The notes below the pieces were generated by a model. The model was not told where the DNA came from. It searched no databases and was given only the letters and a program-made list of their open reading frames with translations. 64,000 nucleotides of DNA from an uncultured Chloroflexia bacterium (GTDB lineage: Bacteria; Chloroflexota; Dehalococcoidia; DSTF01; JALHUB01): the NCBI GenBank assembly GCA_963703345.1, contig OY969814.1:960001-1024000 (forward strand), in the 5' to 3' direction. Of the stretch, positions 10,138-20,131 are shown one piece after another. The position numbers and the translations under genes are program-made. Numbering within the stretch: the stretch's first letter is position 1; each line of letters begins with the position of its first letter.

Positions 10138-13100
10138 CTACCGCACCTGCACGCGATCGGGCGCAGTCAAGTTTAAGCTGTCGGACGAGCGCATCGACTG
10201 GATGATCGCCGGTTCCGCTGTATAGTCGCCTTTGCCGACGACGCGCGCGTAGTACACGATCGGCGTTTGCGGCGACGATTTCCAGACACAGAAGTTCACT
10301 CGCTGCCCGTCGACCTGGTAGGCGCCGGCGAACCCACCCCAGGCCGCGTAACGCGTAATTGGCTTCAGCCCGGAAGGCAGTAGGTCCGACACCTGATAGC
10401 AGCCGTCCAGTGCCTGCGCGCTCAGGCTCCAGTCGATGACAACCCGCACCAGGCTGTCGTCGTGGTAGACGTTCCCGGGCTCCACCGATAGCTCGAAACG
10501 CCGACTAACGGAGATGTCGCTATCGACCTGCACGGCATCGGGCTGGAAGGTCGCCAGGTAGAACGAGGCGATACCGACTTCGCCCTGGAGCGGCTCCGGG
10601 CGAAGGTCGCGGAGTTGCTCAGGCGTCAGGCTCATGCTCAGAGAGGCGCCGCGTTCCAGGCTGTCCTCGTGACGCTTGCCGTCGAGCCAGTACGCGAAGC
10701 GGACGGGCTGGCCGGAAAGACGCGGAAGCGCGTTTTCCAGATAGCTGACCTGCTCAAGCTCAACGAGGATATCCTTCGTGTAGTTGCTTCGAGTGTAGTC
10801 GAAGAGCCGCGACGCGCTGTCGTCGCCGAGGCCGCCGCCGAGAATGGCCGCCAGCGAGGTCGCTTCGAGAATGTCGTCCTGATCGGTCCCGACGCGAAGA
10901 CGCAGATAGGGGAGCTTCCGCTCGCCGAAGTCCGCGAGCAGCCCGCGGTAGATGCGGCGCGCTCCGTCCTCGTCGCCGGCAGCCAGCGACGCCAGGCCGA
11001 GATAGAGGCGCTCTCGCCAGGTGAGATCGGGCTGCGCGGCCAGGGCGCCGAGTTCCGGTAGCACCGGCTCGCCGAGCGCGGCCAGGCCGTAGAGCGCGAT
11101 AATCGTCCTCTCGCGCGACTCGTTCTTGTCGTCCACAACGCTGGTGAAATAGGAGACCAGCGAGTTGCGAGCAAAGCTGTCCGGCGCCAGCGCGGCCAGG
11201 CGGGCGCTCAACGTCAGGTCCGCGTCGGCGTAGGGAAAGAGGGCGATTCCGCCCTTCGGCGTCTGGTAGGAAGCCGTGTCGAAGACTGCGGGAGCGGCCT
11301 GGTCCTCGCCAAAGTATTGCTTCAACAGGTCCTGGCTGAGGTTGCGCGCCAGCATCTGGTCCACGCGGTCGCCGTAAGTCCAGCTCAACTGGAGGAGCAG
11401 CGGATAGTAGCGGCCGCGGTTGTTATCGGTGAAGACGACGTTCGTCCGGCCGTCGGCGCTGCCGGCGATGGCAAGATCGGGCGTCAGCTCGTAGAACTGC
11501 GACTCGGCGCGCAGCAGCCGCGATTGGACGACGCGGAACTTGCGCGTCAGGCTGTCGGAAAGATCGCCGGCGGTCACCTTAACCGTCAGCTCGTGCTCGC
11601 CTTCGACCAAGTCGGGCAACGCCACGTCAACCGGCTGGAAAGCGGGCCCACTCGCCTGGATCGGCTCATCGATGCCAAGGGACGGGCAGGTCACCTCGAA
11701 CGAGACGTCGGTCCCCTCCGACAGGCCTTCTCCGAAAGCGCGCAGCCGGATCTGCGGCTTGTCGCTGGTCAGATACTCGTCGTTCATCGACAGGTCGACG
11801 AAGAAGGGCAAGCCGACGGGCAAGAGACTGGTCGTACCCCCAGCCTTCAGATCGCTCGTCACCCCCTGCGCGATGACGCGCCAGGAGGTGAGGTTGTCCG
11901 GTAGCTTGAAAGAGACGCTCGCCTGCCCTTGATCGTCCGTCATCACTGTCTTGAAGAGGGCAACGTCCTCGAAATCGCTGCGCGGCGAGCCGCCGCCGCC
12001 CTTCCCACCACCCGAAATCCCGCCCGGGTACTGGTGCGACGCGTAGCTAACGATGAGACCATGACCAACGGCAGAATAGAGGTCGGCGAGGATGTCGCGC
12101 TTGTTGGCCGACTCATAGGGCGGCAGGATCCGAAAGATCGCTTCGTCCACGGCGCTCAGGTTGACCTCAGCGCGCGCAGGCTGGCCATCGCTGTCGTGCA
12201 CCGAGACGTTGAGCGTGGCTTCGTCGCCGGGCTGGTAGCGCTCCTGAGCCGGCGTGACTTCTACCTGAAGTCGCTTCGACGCCGTGTTCGCTCTTAGATT
12301 GCATCCGTAGTCCACGGACTCGTACGTCTCGCCTGTGAACCAGACGCCGAAGACCGTAACGTTGGGCACGTAGCGATCGGGGAACGCGAAGGTCAGCTCG
12401 GAGCTCTCCTGCACCTCGTAGTCGCGGATACCGTTCTGAGCCTGCAGGTAGAGATAGCGGTTGGCGCCGCCGCTTGGCGCGGCTTCCGCACCGTGCTTCA
12501 TGACCATGTCAACCTGCTGTCCGATGTCGAAGCCGGCCTGGCCGGAGTACGGGAAGTAGTCCTCGGGGCAAGAGTCACCGCCGACGGTGACGAGGCGAGG
12601 ACGCGCGTTCGCCTGAGCATAGATCGTGCCAATGTCGGTATTGACCCACACGTCAACTTCAGCCGTGCGGCCCTGGTCGTCTTCCGAAGTCAGGACGAGA
12701 CGGTATCTCTTGGAAGGATCAGCGGGAAAACGGTAAGAAAAGGCGCCGCTGGCGAGAGTTGTGACGGTGGACTGCCCGAGGGATACCTCGTTGACATCGT
12801 ACTGGTAGAGAGGGACGACCATCTTCTCTATGAAGTCGTACGTCTCGCCGGTTTTTACTGCGGTGTAGAATTCGTCAAACACCTCGATGTTGACGCTGCG
12901 CCCCGGCGCCGGCGGCCCCAGATTGGCGTTTCGGTAGTCATAGATCGGCCGGTCCAGGTCCAGGTGGTCGAGGTCGACATTCCTGACGACGCCGCTGACC
13001 ACGGCTGCGCCATCTCCGTTGCTCGTCTTCGGCTCGATTGTCAGCGCTGAGCGGAAGACCTCCACCCAGGCGCTGCCGGTTATCTCTCCCTCCTCCGCTG

Positions 13101-15234
13101 CCTTCGGCCGCACGTTGAGCGTCTGCTGTCCCTGAATGTCCATTGGGGCGAACGCAGGGAGGGCGACGATTGCATGACCGCGGTCGTCGGTCTTTGTCTC
13201 GCCGCTAATGTTTGAGTTTCCGCCGTCTGAGGTGTAGGCGAGTTCGGCGTTGGGTACGGGGCTGCCGTCGAAGAAGGCGACGTCGATGTTGAAGTCGACC
13301 CGATCCCCGGCGAAAACCGCCTTTTTCGAGGGCGTGACATCGATCTTGTAGGCGGGCTTGGTGTAGTTGCGGATTTCGAAGTATTGTGTCGTGATCACCT
13401 TGTCGCCGACCTTCAGATTGAGCTGATAGTAGCCGGGCGCCGCGTCGGCGAAGGCGAGATCGCCCGTGAAGCCGCCCATGTCGTCCCTGGTCACGTCGGC
13501 GCTCGCCAGCGGGACGCTGCGATCGTTGAAGCCGTAGTAATCGCTGTAGTCGCCTCTGCCGCCGCTAAGCTCCACGGTTGCCTGCTGCCCGCCTGTCCCT
13601 CCGCCTTCGCGGCTCTTCAGTACTCCCCAGAAGTGGATCGTGTCCGACGGCTGGTACAGGGGTCGGTCCATGGAGAGGTAGTTCCAGTAGAGGTCGTTCT
13701 CCGAAGTGTAAGGGTAGAAGTAGAAGCTGCCGGACCGGCCGGGGTCGGCGGTCTCGCCCAGCGGCACGAGCATCTGGCGACCCAGGGTGTCGGTCACGAG
13801 GAGGTCCTGGCTGGCTCGAACGCCCCCCTCCCCGTACCAGCCGGCCTCGTTTTCGATAAGCGAGGCGGGCGTGTCGAAGAACGCGACACCCTTGTCATCC
13901 GTGGTAGCCAGGGGCGTGCCGTCGACCAGCGCGACTTTCGCTCCGGCGATCGGCCCGTGGGCGGCGACGTCGTTTACCCACACGAGCGTCGTCTTCCCGC
14001 TGACGGTAGCGTGCACGGCGACGTCTGTTACCTGAAGCCACCCCTGGAACCTGCCCTCTTCGCCGTTCGCCTCCACGAGGTAGAATCCGGGCGAAAGGGG
14101 CACCGGCACGCGGACGAAGAAATCGCCGCCGTAGGCGGAGAGGGTTTCGGGCTGGGCATCGAACGTGAGCGCCGTAGACAAACCGGCTGTGTCGGCAAGA
14201 TAGGCGGGTTTCGCGTGGTAGGCCCAGGCCGGGATCTTCTCGTACTCCGCCAGCGCCGCGGCGAAGGCGTCCAGGCCCGGGTACTGATAGACGGTGAACG
14301 ACATCCTGGGCGGGTTGGACGTCGAGGAGCCGTAGTACGACGGCGCCAGTTCCAGGGCGGGTGCGCCCGACGAAGAGGATTCCGTGGTCCGGGACTTGAA
14401 AACCAGGCCCGCCATGCCCGGGGTTTGGCCCGTGCGTCCGGTCTCTCCCGTCTCGAATTGGAAGGAGAAGTCATCATTCATGGTCAGAGCCGAATTGGCG
14501 ATGCCGAGCCCTTTGCGCACGGTCACGGTGTAGAGCGTGTCCGCCTGCAGGCTTTCCGGAACGAAGATCACGACCCGCTTGTGCACCTCAACTCTGCCGG
14601 CAGTCGGCGGAGTTATCTCAAGGAACGGCGTAACGTCGTTCACGCCGTCGTAGGTGAACGTGAGCTCGATGCCCGTGTTCAGCGGCACATCGGTCGCCGA
14701 CTGGGCGGGAAGCGTCTGGACGATGCGGAGGGGCGTCTTCGTCTGGAAGGCCCATGAGCGACTCATCGAGCCCTGGCCGGCCTGCGGCAACGTGAGCTTG
14801 AAATGGTAGAGCGTCTCCTCCTTCAAAGGCTGCTGGGGAACGAGGTGGAACTCGCGGTCGCCGCTCTTCTTGACGTCGAACGTCACCGGTGGCTCTACGG
14901 TCATGCCCTGCCGCAGCGCCGACTCATCGACATCGATGGACGCCTTGAGCACGAAATCGCTATTAATGGCCACGCCGGAGGCATCGCTGGCAGAGGCGGT
15001 CAGGGAGACAGGCATTTCGGCCGACGGTGTAGCGATGAATTTCGTCCACTCCGATTCCGGTGTCTCCGTCGCCGAAGGCCAGGCAGCGGCCTCCTGGTGC
15101 TGACCCCCCGGTCGCAGGCCGCACACGAGAAGGAGCGCGACGAGCGGGACTAGGAGGCAGAGCAGCGCGCCGAGAGCAAGGGTACGCCTTCGGAACGAGA
15201 GAGCATGGCGGTTTAGGTGGAGACGTCTTGTCAT
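10138..15234 (-). CDS. Bacterial alpha-2-macroglobulin family protein with N-terminal Ig-like (Big_5) domains
   Basis: DRPLYQPSDTIHF (MG2), YTKPAYKI, SAVDEA, RSDF..., LPDNLTSWRV, DLLPSGL, YYARV..G.Y...PA; AGGAGG RBS before ATG 15234. Confidence 0.9.
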   Translation of the reverse strand: MTRRLHLNRHALSFRRRTLALGALLCLLVPLVALLLVCGLRPGGQHQEAAAWPSATETPESEWTKFIATPSAEMPVSLTASASDASGVAINSDFVLKASIDVDESALRQGMTVEPPVTFDVKKSGDREFHLVPQQPLKEETLYHFKLTLPQAGQGSMSRSWAFQTKTPLRIVQTLPAQSATDVPLNTGIELTFTYDGVNDVTPFLEITPPTAGRVEVHKRVVIFVPESLQADTLYTVTVRKGLGIANSALTMNDDFSFQFETGETGRTGQTPGMAGLVFKSRTTESSSSGAPALELAPSYYGSSTSNPPRMSFTVYQYPGLDAFAAALAEYEKIPAWAYHAKPAYLADTAGLSTALTFDAQPETLSAYGGDFFVRVPVPLSPGFYLVEANGEEGRFQGWLQVTDVAVHATVSGKTTLVWVNDVAAHGPIAGAKVALVDGTPLATTDDKGVAFFDTPASLIENEAGWYGEGGVRASQDLLVTDTLGRQMLVPLGETADPGRSGSFYFYPYTSENDLYWNYLSMDRPLYQPSDTIHFWGVLKSREGGGTGGQQATVELSGGRGDYSDYYGFNDRSVPLASADVTRDDMGGFTGDLAFADAAPGYYQLNLKVGDKVITTQYFEIRNYTKPAYKIDVTPSKKAVFAGDRVDFNIDVAFFDGSPVPNAELAYTSDGGNSNISGETKTDDRGHAIVALPAFAPMDIQGQQTLNVRPKAAEEGEITGSAWVEVFRSALTIEPKTSNGDGAAVVSGVVRNVDLDHLDLDRPIYDYRNANLGPPAPGRSVNIEVFDEFYTAVKTGETYDFIEKMVVPLYQYDVNEVSLGQSTVTTLASGAFSYRFPADPSKRYRLVLTSEDDQGRTAEVDVWVNTDIGTIYAQANARPRLVTVGGDSCPEDYFPYSGQAGFDIGQQVDMVMKHGAEAAPSGGANRYLYLQAQNGIRDYEVQESSELTFAFPDRYVPNVTVFGVWFTGETYESVDYGCNLRANTASKRLQVEVTPAQERYQPGDEATLNVSVHDSDGQPARAEVNLSAVDEAIFRILPPYESANKRDILADLYSAVGHGLIVSYASHQYPGGISGGGKGGGGSPRSDFEDVALFKTVMTDDQGQASVSFKLPDNLTSWRVIAQGVTSDLKAGGTTSLLPVGLPFFVDLSMNDEYLTSDKPQIRLRAFGEGLSEGTDVSFEVTCPSLGIDEPIQASGPAFQPVDVALPDLVEGEHELTVKVTAGDLSDSLTRKFRVVQSRLLRAESQFYELTPDLAIAGSADGRTNVVFTDNNRGRYYPLLLQLSWTYGDRVDQMLARNLSQDLLKQYFGEDQAAPAVFDTASYQTPKGGIALFPYADADLTLSARLAALAPDSFARNSLVSYFTSVVDDKNESRERTIIALYGLAALGEPVLPELGALAAQPDLTWRERLYLGLASLAAGDEDGARRIYRGLLADFGERKLPYLRLRVGTDQDDILEATSLAAILGGGLGDDSASRLFDYTRSNYTKDILVELEQVSYLENALPRLSGQPVRFAYWLDGKRHEDSLERGASLSMSLTPEQLRDLRPEPLQGEVGIASFYLATFQPDAVQVDSDISVSRRFELSVEPGNVYHDDSLVRVVIDWSLSAQALDGCYQVSDLLPSGLKPITRYAAWGGFAGAYQVDGQRVNFCVWKSSPQTPIVYYARVVGKGDYTAEPAIIQSMRSSDSLNLTAPDRVQVR

Positions 15235-15268
15235 TGCCGGTCCTCCTGCTTGGTCTCTTGACGCCATC

Positions 15269-15334
15269 ATTCTGGCAGGAGTCAAGCGTCGTTGCTTGAC
15301 GGCTGGCAAACGATTTGCTTGCGCTTTCCTTACG
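15269..15334 (-). promoter_or_regulatory. Four-box direct-repeat promoter, copy C
   Basis: CGTAAG-N5-CGCAAG-N5-CGTTTG-N5-CGTCAAG-N20-CAGAAT on the minus strand. Confidence 0.7.
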
Positions 15335-16121
15335 CTGTCTCTCGGACAGCCTGTCGAGCCCCCTCCCGAAGATTCGCCAGCGTCTGCTCCAAGAGCGCGG
15401 TAATCGTGGCATAGTCGTTCGTGGCCGGAACACGGATTGGACTGCCTATCCTGACCGTCACGGGGCCGGACTTCGGCCGGCTCGCGCCCTTGGGCAGGAC
15501 GTCGTGGAGACCATCGAGCCAGATAGGAACGACGGGGAGGCGCAGTTCCGACGCCAGCAGGCCGATTCCCGCCCGGAACGGCTGAAGATTGTCACGGCTG
15601 TCCGTCGTGCTGTTGTTGCCGAGCTGGCCGTACTGGTTCTGGCCCCAGCACCAGACGCCGCCGTCCTTCAGCGCGCAGGTGTGCCCGCTGCCCGCGCTGA
15701 TCGCGCTGACGCCGCCCTGAAGCCCCAAGACCGGCACCGGCACTGCCGACTCCCTTGGGGCAAAGCGGTCGTACGTGCTGCTGTTGCCGAGTTCGCCGAA
15801 CCCGTTGGAGCCCCAGCACCAGGCGCCGCCGTCCTTCATTGCGCAGGTGTGGAGCCCGCCGACGCTGATCGCGCTGACGCCGCTCTCAAGGCCCGGCACC
15901 GGCACGAGGCTGGACACTTGCACAGGCTCCTTGGGCCCGCCGCCGCCGCCGCTGCCCCAGCACCAGACGCCGCCGTCTTTCAGCGCGCAGGTGCGGTTGA
16001 GGCCCGCGCTGATCGCATTCGCCCCGGCGGGGCCGGCCTGGGCGCGTGGCCGTCTGAGCCCCAGGAACGGCGAGACTGCGACCATCGCCACCAGACCGAT
16101 GAGGAAGACAAATCGCTTCAT
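15330..16121 (-). CDS. Chimeric ORF: signal peptide + RCC1 repeats fused to the C-terminal part of a PlsC-type acyltransferase
   Basis: Three ISAG..(H/R)TCA(L/M)KDGG(V/A)WCWG-type repeats, then [12 protein letters not shown]...PVVPI.LDG...VLPKG...[10 protein letters not shown]. Confidence 0.7.
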   Translation of the reverse strand: MKRFVFLIGLVAMVAVSPFLGLRRPRAQAGPAGANAISAGLNRTCALKDGGVWCWGSGGGGGPKEPVQVSSLVPVPGLESGVSAISVGGLHTCAMKDGGAWCWGSNGFGELGNSSTYDRFAPRESAVPVPVLGLQGGVSAISAGSGHTCALKDGGVWCWGQNQYGQLGNNSTTDSRDNLQPFRAGIGLLASELRLPVVPIWLDGLHDVLPKGASRPKSGPVTVRIGSPIRVPATNDYATITALLEQTLANLREGARQAVRETA

Positions 16122-16283
16122 GTCTTGGACTCCTTGCCGCGCGCCAGCAACTACGGTGGGGAGTATGACTGCTGAGCCCTGCCCTGTCGGGCTAAGTTGA
16201 CCTGCCCCCATGAACGCTACCACAGTCTATGTTAGTCCGACCATGGCCCGCAGGCGTAGTGAAGTGGAGCCTGATGGTGTGGG

Positions 16284-16464
16284 TGTGGGGTGCCAAAACT
16301 CCATCCGTATCTGGGAGAGCGGCGAGTGGCAAACCGGGACCGCCGAAGCCGGCAGAGGAGCACAAACCCTCTGCCTGGAAAGCAGACGGTCAACGTGTTA
16401 GCAGCGCGAAAGGGTCGGACGTTCTCGCGGGCCTTCCTCCATGTATGGGTCTTGGGGCCCCACA
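16284..16464. mobile_element. MITE-like non-autonomous element
   Basis: TGTGGGGTGCCAAAACTCCATCC ... GTATGGGTCTTGGGGCCCCACA imperfect terminal inverted repeats; left end resembles the IS end at 58750-58792. Confidence 0.6.
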
Positions 16465-16773
16465 GCCCATCAGTGAATCCGTAATGAGCGTGCCTCTTCG
16501 ACGTTCTCAATTCTGACGCAGCATTTGTGAGAGCAGTACCTGAATACTAGTCGGCGAGCACCCTCCGCCCGTCCCTTGGCGCTGAAGCGGCGGGAACAAC
16601 TTTTGTTGGGGCCGAGGGGCCGGAAAAGGGGAGGCGGGGCCCTGCACCGCGTCTCTTGGCCCCTTGTTGAAACAAGAACCGGTGTGGCGAGACAAAACTC
16701 CATCCGCGCCTACAGAAGGAGGCGGGTGACTTCTTGCCACCCCGCAGGCTAAGGGAGTGCTCCCCAGCGGAGA

Positions 16774-16989
16774 TCAGTCCACCCGGCGGACGTGGATGGC
16801 CCGGCTCCGCTGCGGCTGCCGGGGGTCCGGCTCCGTTTCGAACTCCACCTGCTGGCCCTCGTTCAGTTCATCGAAAGTCGGATTCTCCACCGAACTGCTG
16901 TGGAAAAAGACTTCCTCCGCCGCACCGTCCGGCTGAATGAAGCCAAACCCACGATCGCGGACCAATCGCTTGATAGTGCCTACTGCCAT
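16774..16989 (-). CDS. Cold-shock domain protein
   Basis: RGFGFI (RNP1) and VFFHSS (RNP2); AAGGAGGT RBS. Confidence 0.95.
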   Translation of the reverse strand: MAVGTIKRLVRDRGFGFIQPDGAAEEVFFHSSSVENPTFDELNEGQQVEFETEPDPRQPQRSRAIHVRRVD

Positions 16990-17087
16990 ATGGACCTCCT
17001 TAACGGGCCTGCCGGATTGTCTCAGGAAAGGAACACACGCGGGACACGCTTTCCCCGTCTAGATGGGACGGCGACCATTGCCCAGCT

Positions 17088-17969
17088 TCACGCGTTCCCA
17101 GCAAGATCCCTGAAGCGCCGGATGGCGTCGATGTGATCCTGCGGCGTCGCCAGCCGCGCCCCCATGGTATCGAAAGAAATGTGCGTCGCTCCTAGCTCGT
17201 TCCATCCCTCGAGCATCGATCCCCGCTGGTCTTCATCAGTGCCAGCTAGCCTGCTCCGGCCCTCAATGCCGAAGTCTGCCGGGTTGCGGCCGGCGTTTCG
17301 AAGGTAGCCCCGTAGCCTCTCGATAGTCGCGGCGCCATCGGGGCCCGGCGGGAATTGAGGGAACCAGCCATCGGCGATGCGCGCAGCGCGCTTGATGGCC
17401 GGCTCCGCCATCGCACCCATCCAGATCGGGATTGGACGTTGAACCGGCAACGGGTTGATCCCCGCGCTGTGTACCGTATGGTGCACACCGTCAAAATCAA
17501 CGAGTTCCTTTGTCCAGAACTGCCGCAACAGCGCCACTTGCTCCTCGCATCGCCGACCCCGATTGTGGAAGTCCTCTCCCAGCGCCTCAAACTCCACGGG
17601 GTTCCAGCCGATGCCCACCCCGAGACGCAGCCGTCCCCTGGTCAGCACATCCACCTCCGCCGCCTGCTTCGCCACTAATGCAGTCTGACGCTGCGGCAGC
17701 ACGAGGATTCCCGTCACCAGTTCCAAGTTCGTGGTGAGGCCCGCCAGAAACCCAAACAAGACGAACGGCTCGTGAAAAGGGAGCTTGTGAGTGTAAGGTG
17801 GGCGCAGGCCGAGGCTTTCGACTCGTTCGCGAGAAGCCCCGAGCACGTGCTCATATACCAGCAGGTGGTCATAGCCGAGCTGCTCTACAGCCTGCGCGTA
17901 GTCTCTTATCGCCACTGGGTCGTTGCCGATCTCGACTTGCGGAAAGATGACGCCCAGTTTCACACTCAT
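17088..17969 (-). CDS. LLM-class (probably F420-dependent) oxidoreductase
   Basis: GYDHL..YEHV, ILVLPQRQTALVAKQAAEVDVL..GRLRLGVGIGWN..EF, RAARIADGWFP. Confidence 0.9.
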   Translation of the reverse strand: MSVKLGVIFPQVEIGNDPVAIRDYAQAVEQLGYDHLLVYEHVLGASRERVESLGLRPPYTHKLPFHEPFVLFGFLAGLTTNLELVTGILVLPQRQTALVAKQAAEVDVLTRGRLRLGVGIGWNPVEFEALGEDFHNRGRRCEEQVALLRQFWTKELVDFDGVHHTVHSAGINPLPVQRPIPIWMGAMAEPAIKRAARIADGWFPQFPPGPDGAATIERLRGYLRNAGRNPADFGIEGRSRLAGTDEDQRGSMLEGWNELGATHISFDTMGARLATPQDHIDAIRRFRDLAGNA

Positions 17970-18310
17970 ACCTCTCAATTCCGGTTCGGAGCCGACTTCA
18001 AGGCAGAATCGATGTTACCACCCGCCAGGGATAACCGCACATCATGAGGTCATAGTGATGGCAGGACACGATCTTGAATACGCGGTAGCCGTCGCAGGGG
18101 TTACCCCCCTTGCGGTTCGCGCAGACCCACCGACAATCGCTATAGAGGGAGTCGCAGGTGCCGGGCTTGGCACACCTGCGCGACAACCTGGACCAAGTAA
18201 GCTATAGTCTTCGGGTAAGTAGTAACCCCTGTCTTCGATCTGCAACGCATCCCCAATCTTGTCTTGCACTCGGCGACGAGGAATAGTGGACCCCTAGAGG
18301 AGGTCGTCGA

Positions 18311-18625
18311 GTGTCTTATACAGACAAATCCCTAACTTGCGTCGATTGTGGCGCCCAGTTCACGTTCACAGCGGAAGACCAGCAGTACCATGCCAGCCGC
18401 GGCTTCACCAACGAGCCCAAGCGTTGCTCGTCCTATCAAGCCGCCCGGAAATCGGAGCGGGGCGACAGCCGCGGAGGCTACAGCTTGGCTCCCCGCCGGA
18501 TGTACTCTGCAGTCTGCGCTCAGTGCGGCAAGAACGCTAAGGTTCCATTCGAACCGCGGGGTGACCGGCCCGTCTACTGTAGCGATTGCTTCTCCCAGCG
18601 CTCACCGGTTCGCAGCTGCTACTGA
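18311..18625 (+). CDS. Zinc-ribbon / CxxC-x17-CxxC domain protein
   Basis: DKSLTCVDCG..F.FT..DQ....RGF.NEPKRC and C..CG....VPFEP..DRPVYCSDCF; GAGGAGG RBS. Confidence 0.92.
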   Translation: MSYTDKSLTCVDCGAQFTFTAEDQQYHASRGFTNEPKRCSSYQAARKSERGDSRGGYSLAPRRMYSAVCAQCGKNAKVPFEPRGDRPVYCSDCFSQRSPVRSCY

Positions 18626-18957
18626 GCCAGTCTGCTTGGCCTGCCCGTTGATAGCCTGTGGGATCTCGCGAATCAGGAAGCTTCCGCCGCCATCTTCAAG
18701 GAGATCTTGCCTCGCGACCCCAAAGAGAGTCAGACGGACATCTACGTAGATGACAGGACCTTCGAATTCCTCCTCTCCCACGCATGGCGTCATACAGTCA
18801 ACGCATTCAAAACCCTCGCGGGCCAAAACAATCCGGTTTTCAGTTGATAACTTCCGCTTTTTCGCTCAGGGGTGCTGATTCTGTTGCACAGCGCTCAGGC
18901 TCAGATGCCTATCACGCAGAGGGTCAACGGTGATATCGGCGGTTCGAATGGGACTTC

Positions 18958-19043
18958 TGTGGGGGCCCTGTTGCCCTAGGGCTGGCCCCGACAACTCAGG
19001 GTGTCAACCCTCCAGATACGGATGGAGCTCTGGCCACCCCACA
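18958..19043. mobile_element. Short IS-end remnant / mini-MITE
   Basis: TGTGGGGG...GTCAACCCTCCAGATACGGATGGAGCTCTGGCCACCCCACA, similar to 58750-58792. Confidence 0.55.
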
Positions 19044-19164
19044 GCTGCGCCAGGTCGAAGGCGGAGCGATGGAGGGCGGCGTGGGCGTGCTGGACCCGGC
19101 GCTACGTCGGGCCGTCGGGTTGGGGGACCGATAGAGAGAAAATCGCCGAGGCCACGACTCTGGC

Positions 19165-19461
19165 TCACCGTGTCCGACGGCTGCCCCTGGGCACGTAGTC
19201 GAAGAAGCGTTCTGTGGTGCCCCCCGAGGTCCAGGCTGCCCGCAGGCGGGTGCGCCGCTCCACCCTGCGCAGGGCAGAAAGCAGCATCCGGTTGACGTCC
19301 CTGGCGCTGTCGCCCGCCACGGTTCCTTCGACGTGCCAGCCATCCTCGGTCGCGGTCACGGTGCCGTCGACGAGCTCCTCGAGCACCGGCCGCACGCCTG
19401 TGGGGTTGTCGCTGCTGACGTCGGCGACCAGCCGGAAACAGCGCGCCTCGCCCACTGGCAC
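19165..19461 (-). CDS. Hypothetical protein
   Basis: 98-aa ORF with a GGAGG RBS and protein-like composition. Confidence 0.65.
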   Translation of the reverse strand: MPVGEARCFRLVADVSSDNPTGVRPVLEELVDGTVTATEDGWHVEGTVAGDSARDVNRMLLSALRRVERRTRLRAAWTSGGTTERFFDYVPRGSRRTR

Positions 19462-19634
19462 ATCCTCCGTTCGGCAATGATCAACAAGGTGTCGCGGCGC
19501 ATGGCGCTCACTCCTGCGCCCCGCGCTGCTGGAAGTGGTTCGGCCCAGTCATCTTAGATGCGCTGCGTCGCTCGAGCAACTGGCTGGCAACGTTGGCGAG
19601 AGGGTCCCAGGCGGACAAGCAGAACATGTCTCTA

Positions 19635-19653
19635 AAGGGCGGCAACCGCCCTT
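19635..19653. terminator. Hairpin immediately after the 48-aa ORF
   Basis: AAGGGCGG-CAA-CCGCCCTT perfect stem. Confidence 0.5.
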
Positions 19654-19655
19654 CG

Positions 19656-19802
19656 CTATTTGATCTTGCGAATGATGCGGCTGGTTTGCTTGTAGAGTTG
19701 CCGGCGGATCAGGTGGGCACCGATGCGCCGCGGGCGCCCTGAGGCGATGATGCTGGCCGTGGTGAGCAGGCTGGCGAGGGCGAAGAGGCCTCTAGTTCTC
19801 AT
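19656..19802 (-). CDS. Small basic protein (48 aa)
   Basis: MRTRGLFALASLLTTASIIASGRPRRIGAHLIRRQLYKQTSRIIRKIK; GGAGGT RBS; followed by a hairpin. Confidence 0.6.
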   Translation of the reverse strand: MRTRGLFALASLLTTASIIASGRPRRIGAHLIRRQLYKQTSRIIRKIK

Positions 19803-20131
19803 GACGCAACCTCCAGTCGTTTACCGGGTTCACCACGCGCTGCCGCAGTCGGCAAACGCGACCAAGCGACATGTCCACAGTTGACACAGCAGAGCCTGCC
19901 ATCGCGCTCCCAGACGTCGGGCACCATGAAGCCCGCGCAACGGGGACAACGCGGCGCGGCAGGCGTTATCATGCGCCGATTGTAGGGACATCCTCCGGGC
20001 GCGTCAATCGCGCTAATGGCCGCCGCGTCGGGTCGGCCGAGACTGCTGCTGCTGAGGGTTCATCCAGGGAAGAGTGAAGCGATGTGCTCCTGAAGCGAGA
20101 ATGGGGAAGCACGCCGAACGGGTGCGAGTTA

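Noticed and set aside
15600-16020. Near-identical ~50-bp repeats that might suggest a CRISPR or other DNA array
   Set aside because: They are in-frame RCC1 protein repeats, not repeat-spacer units; no cas genes or CRISPR array were seen anywhere in the window.
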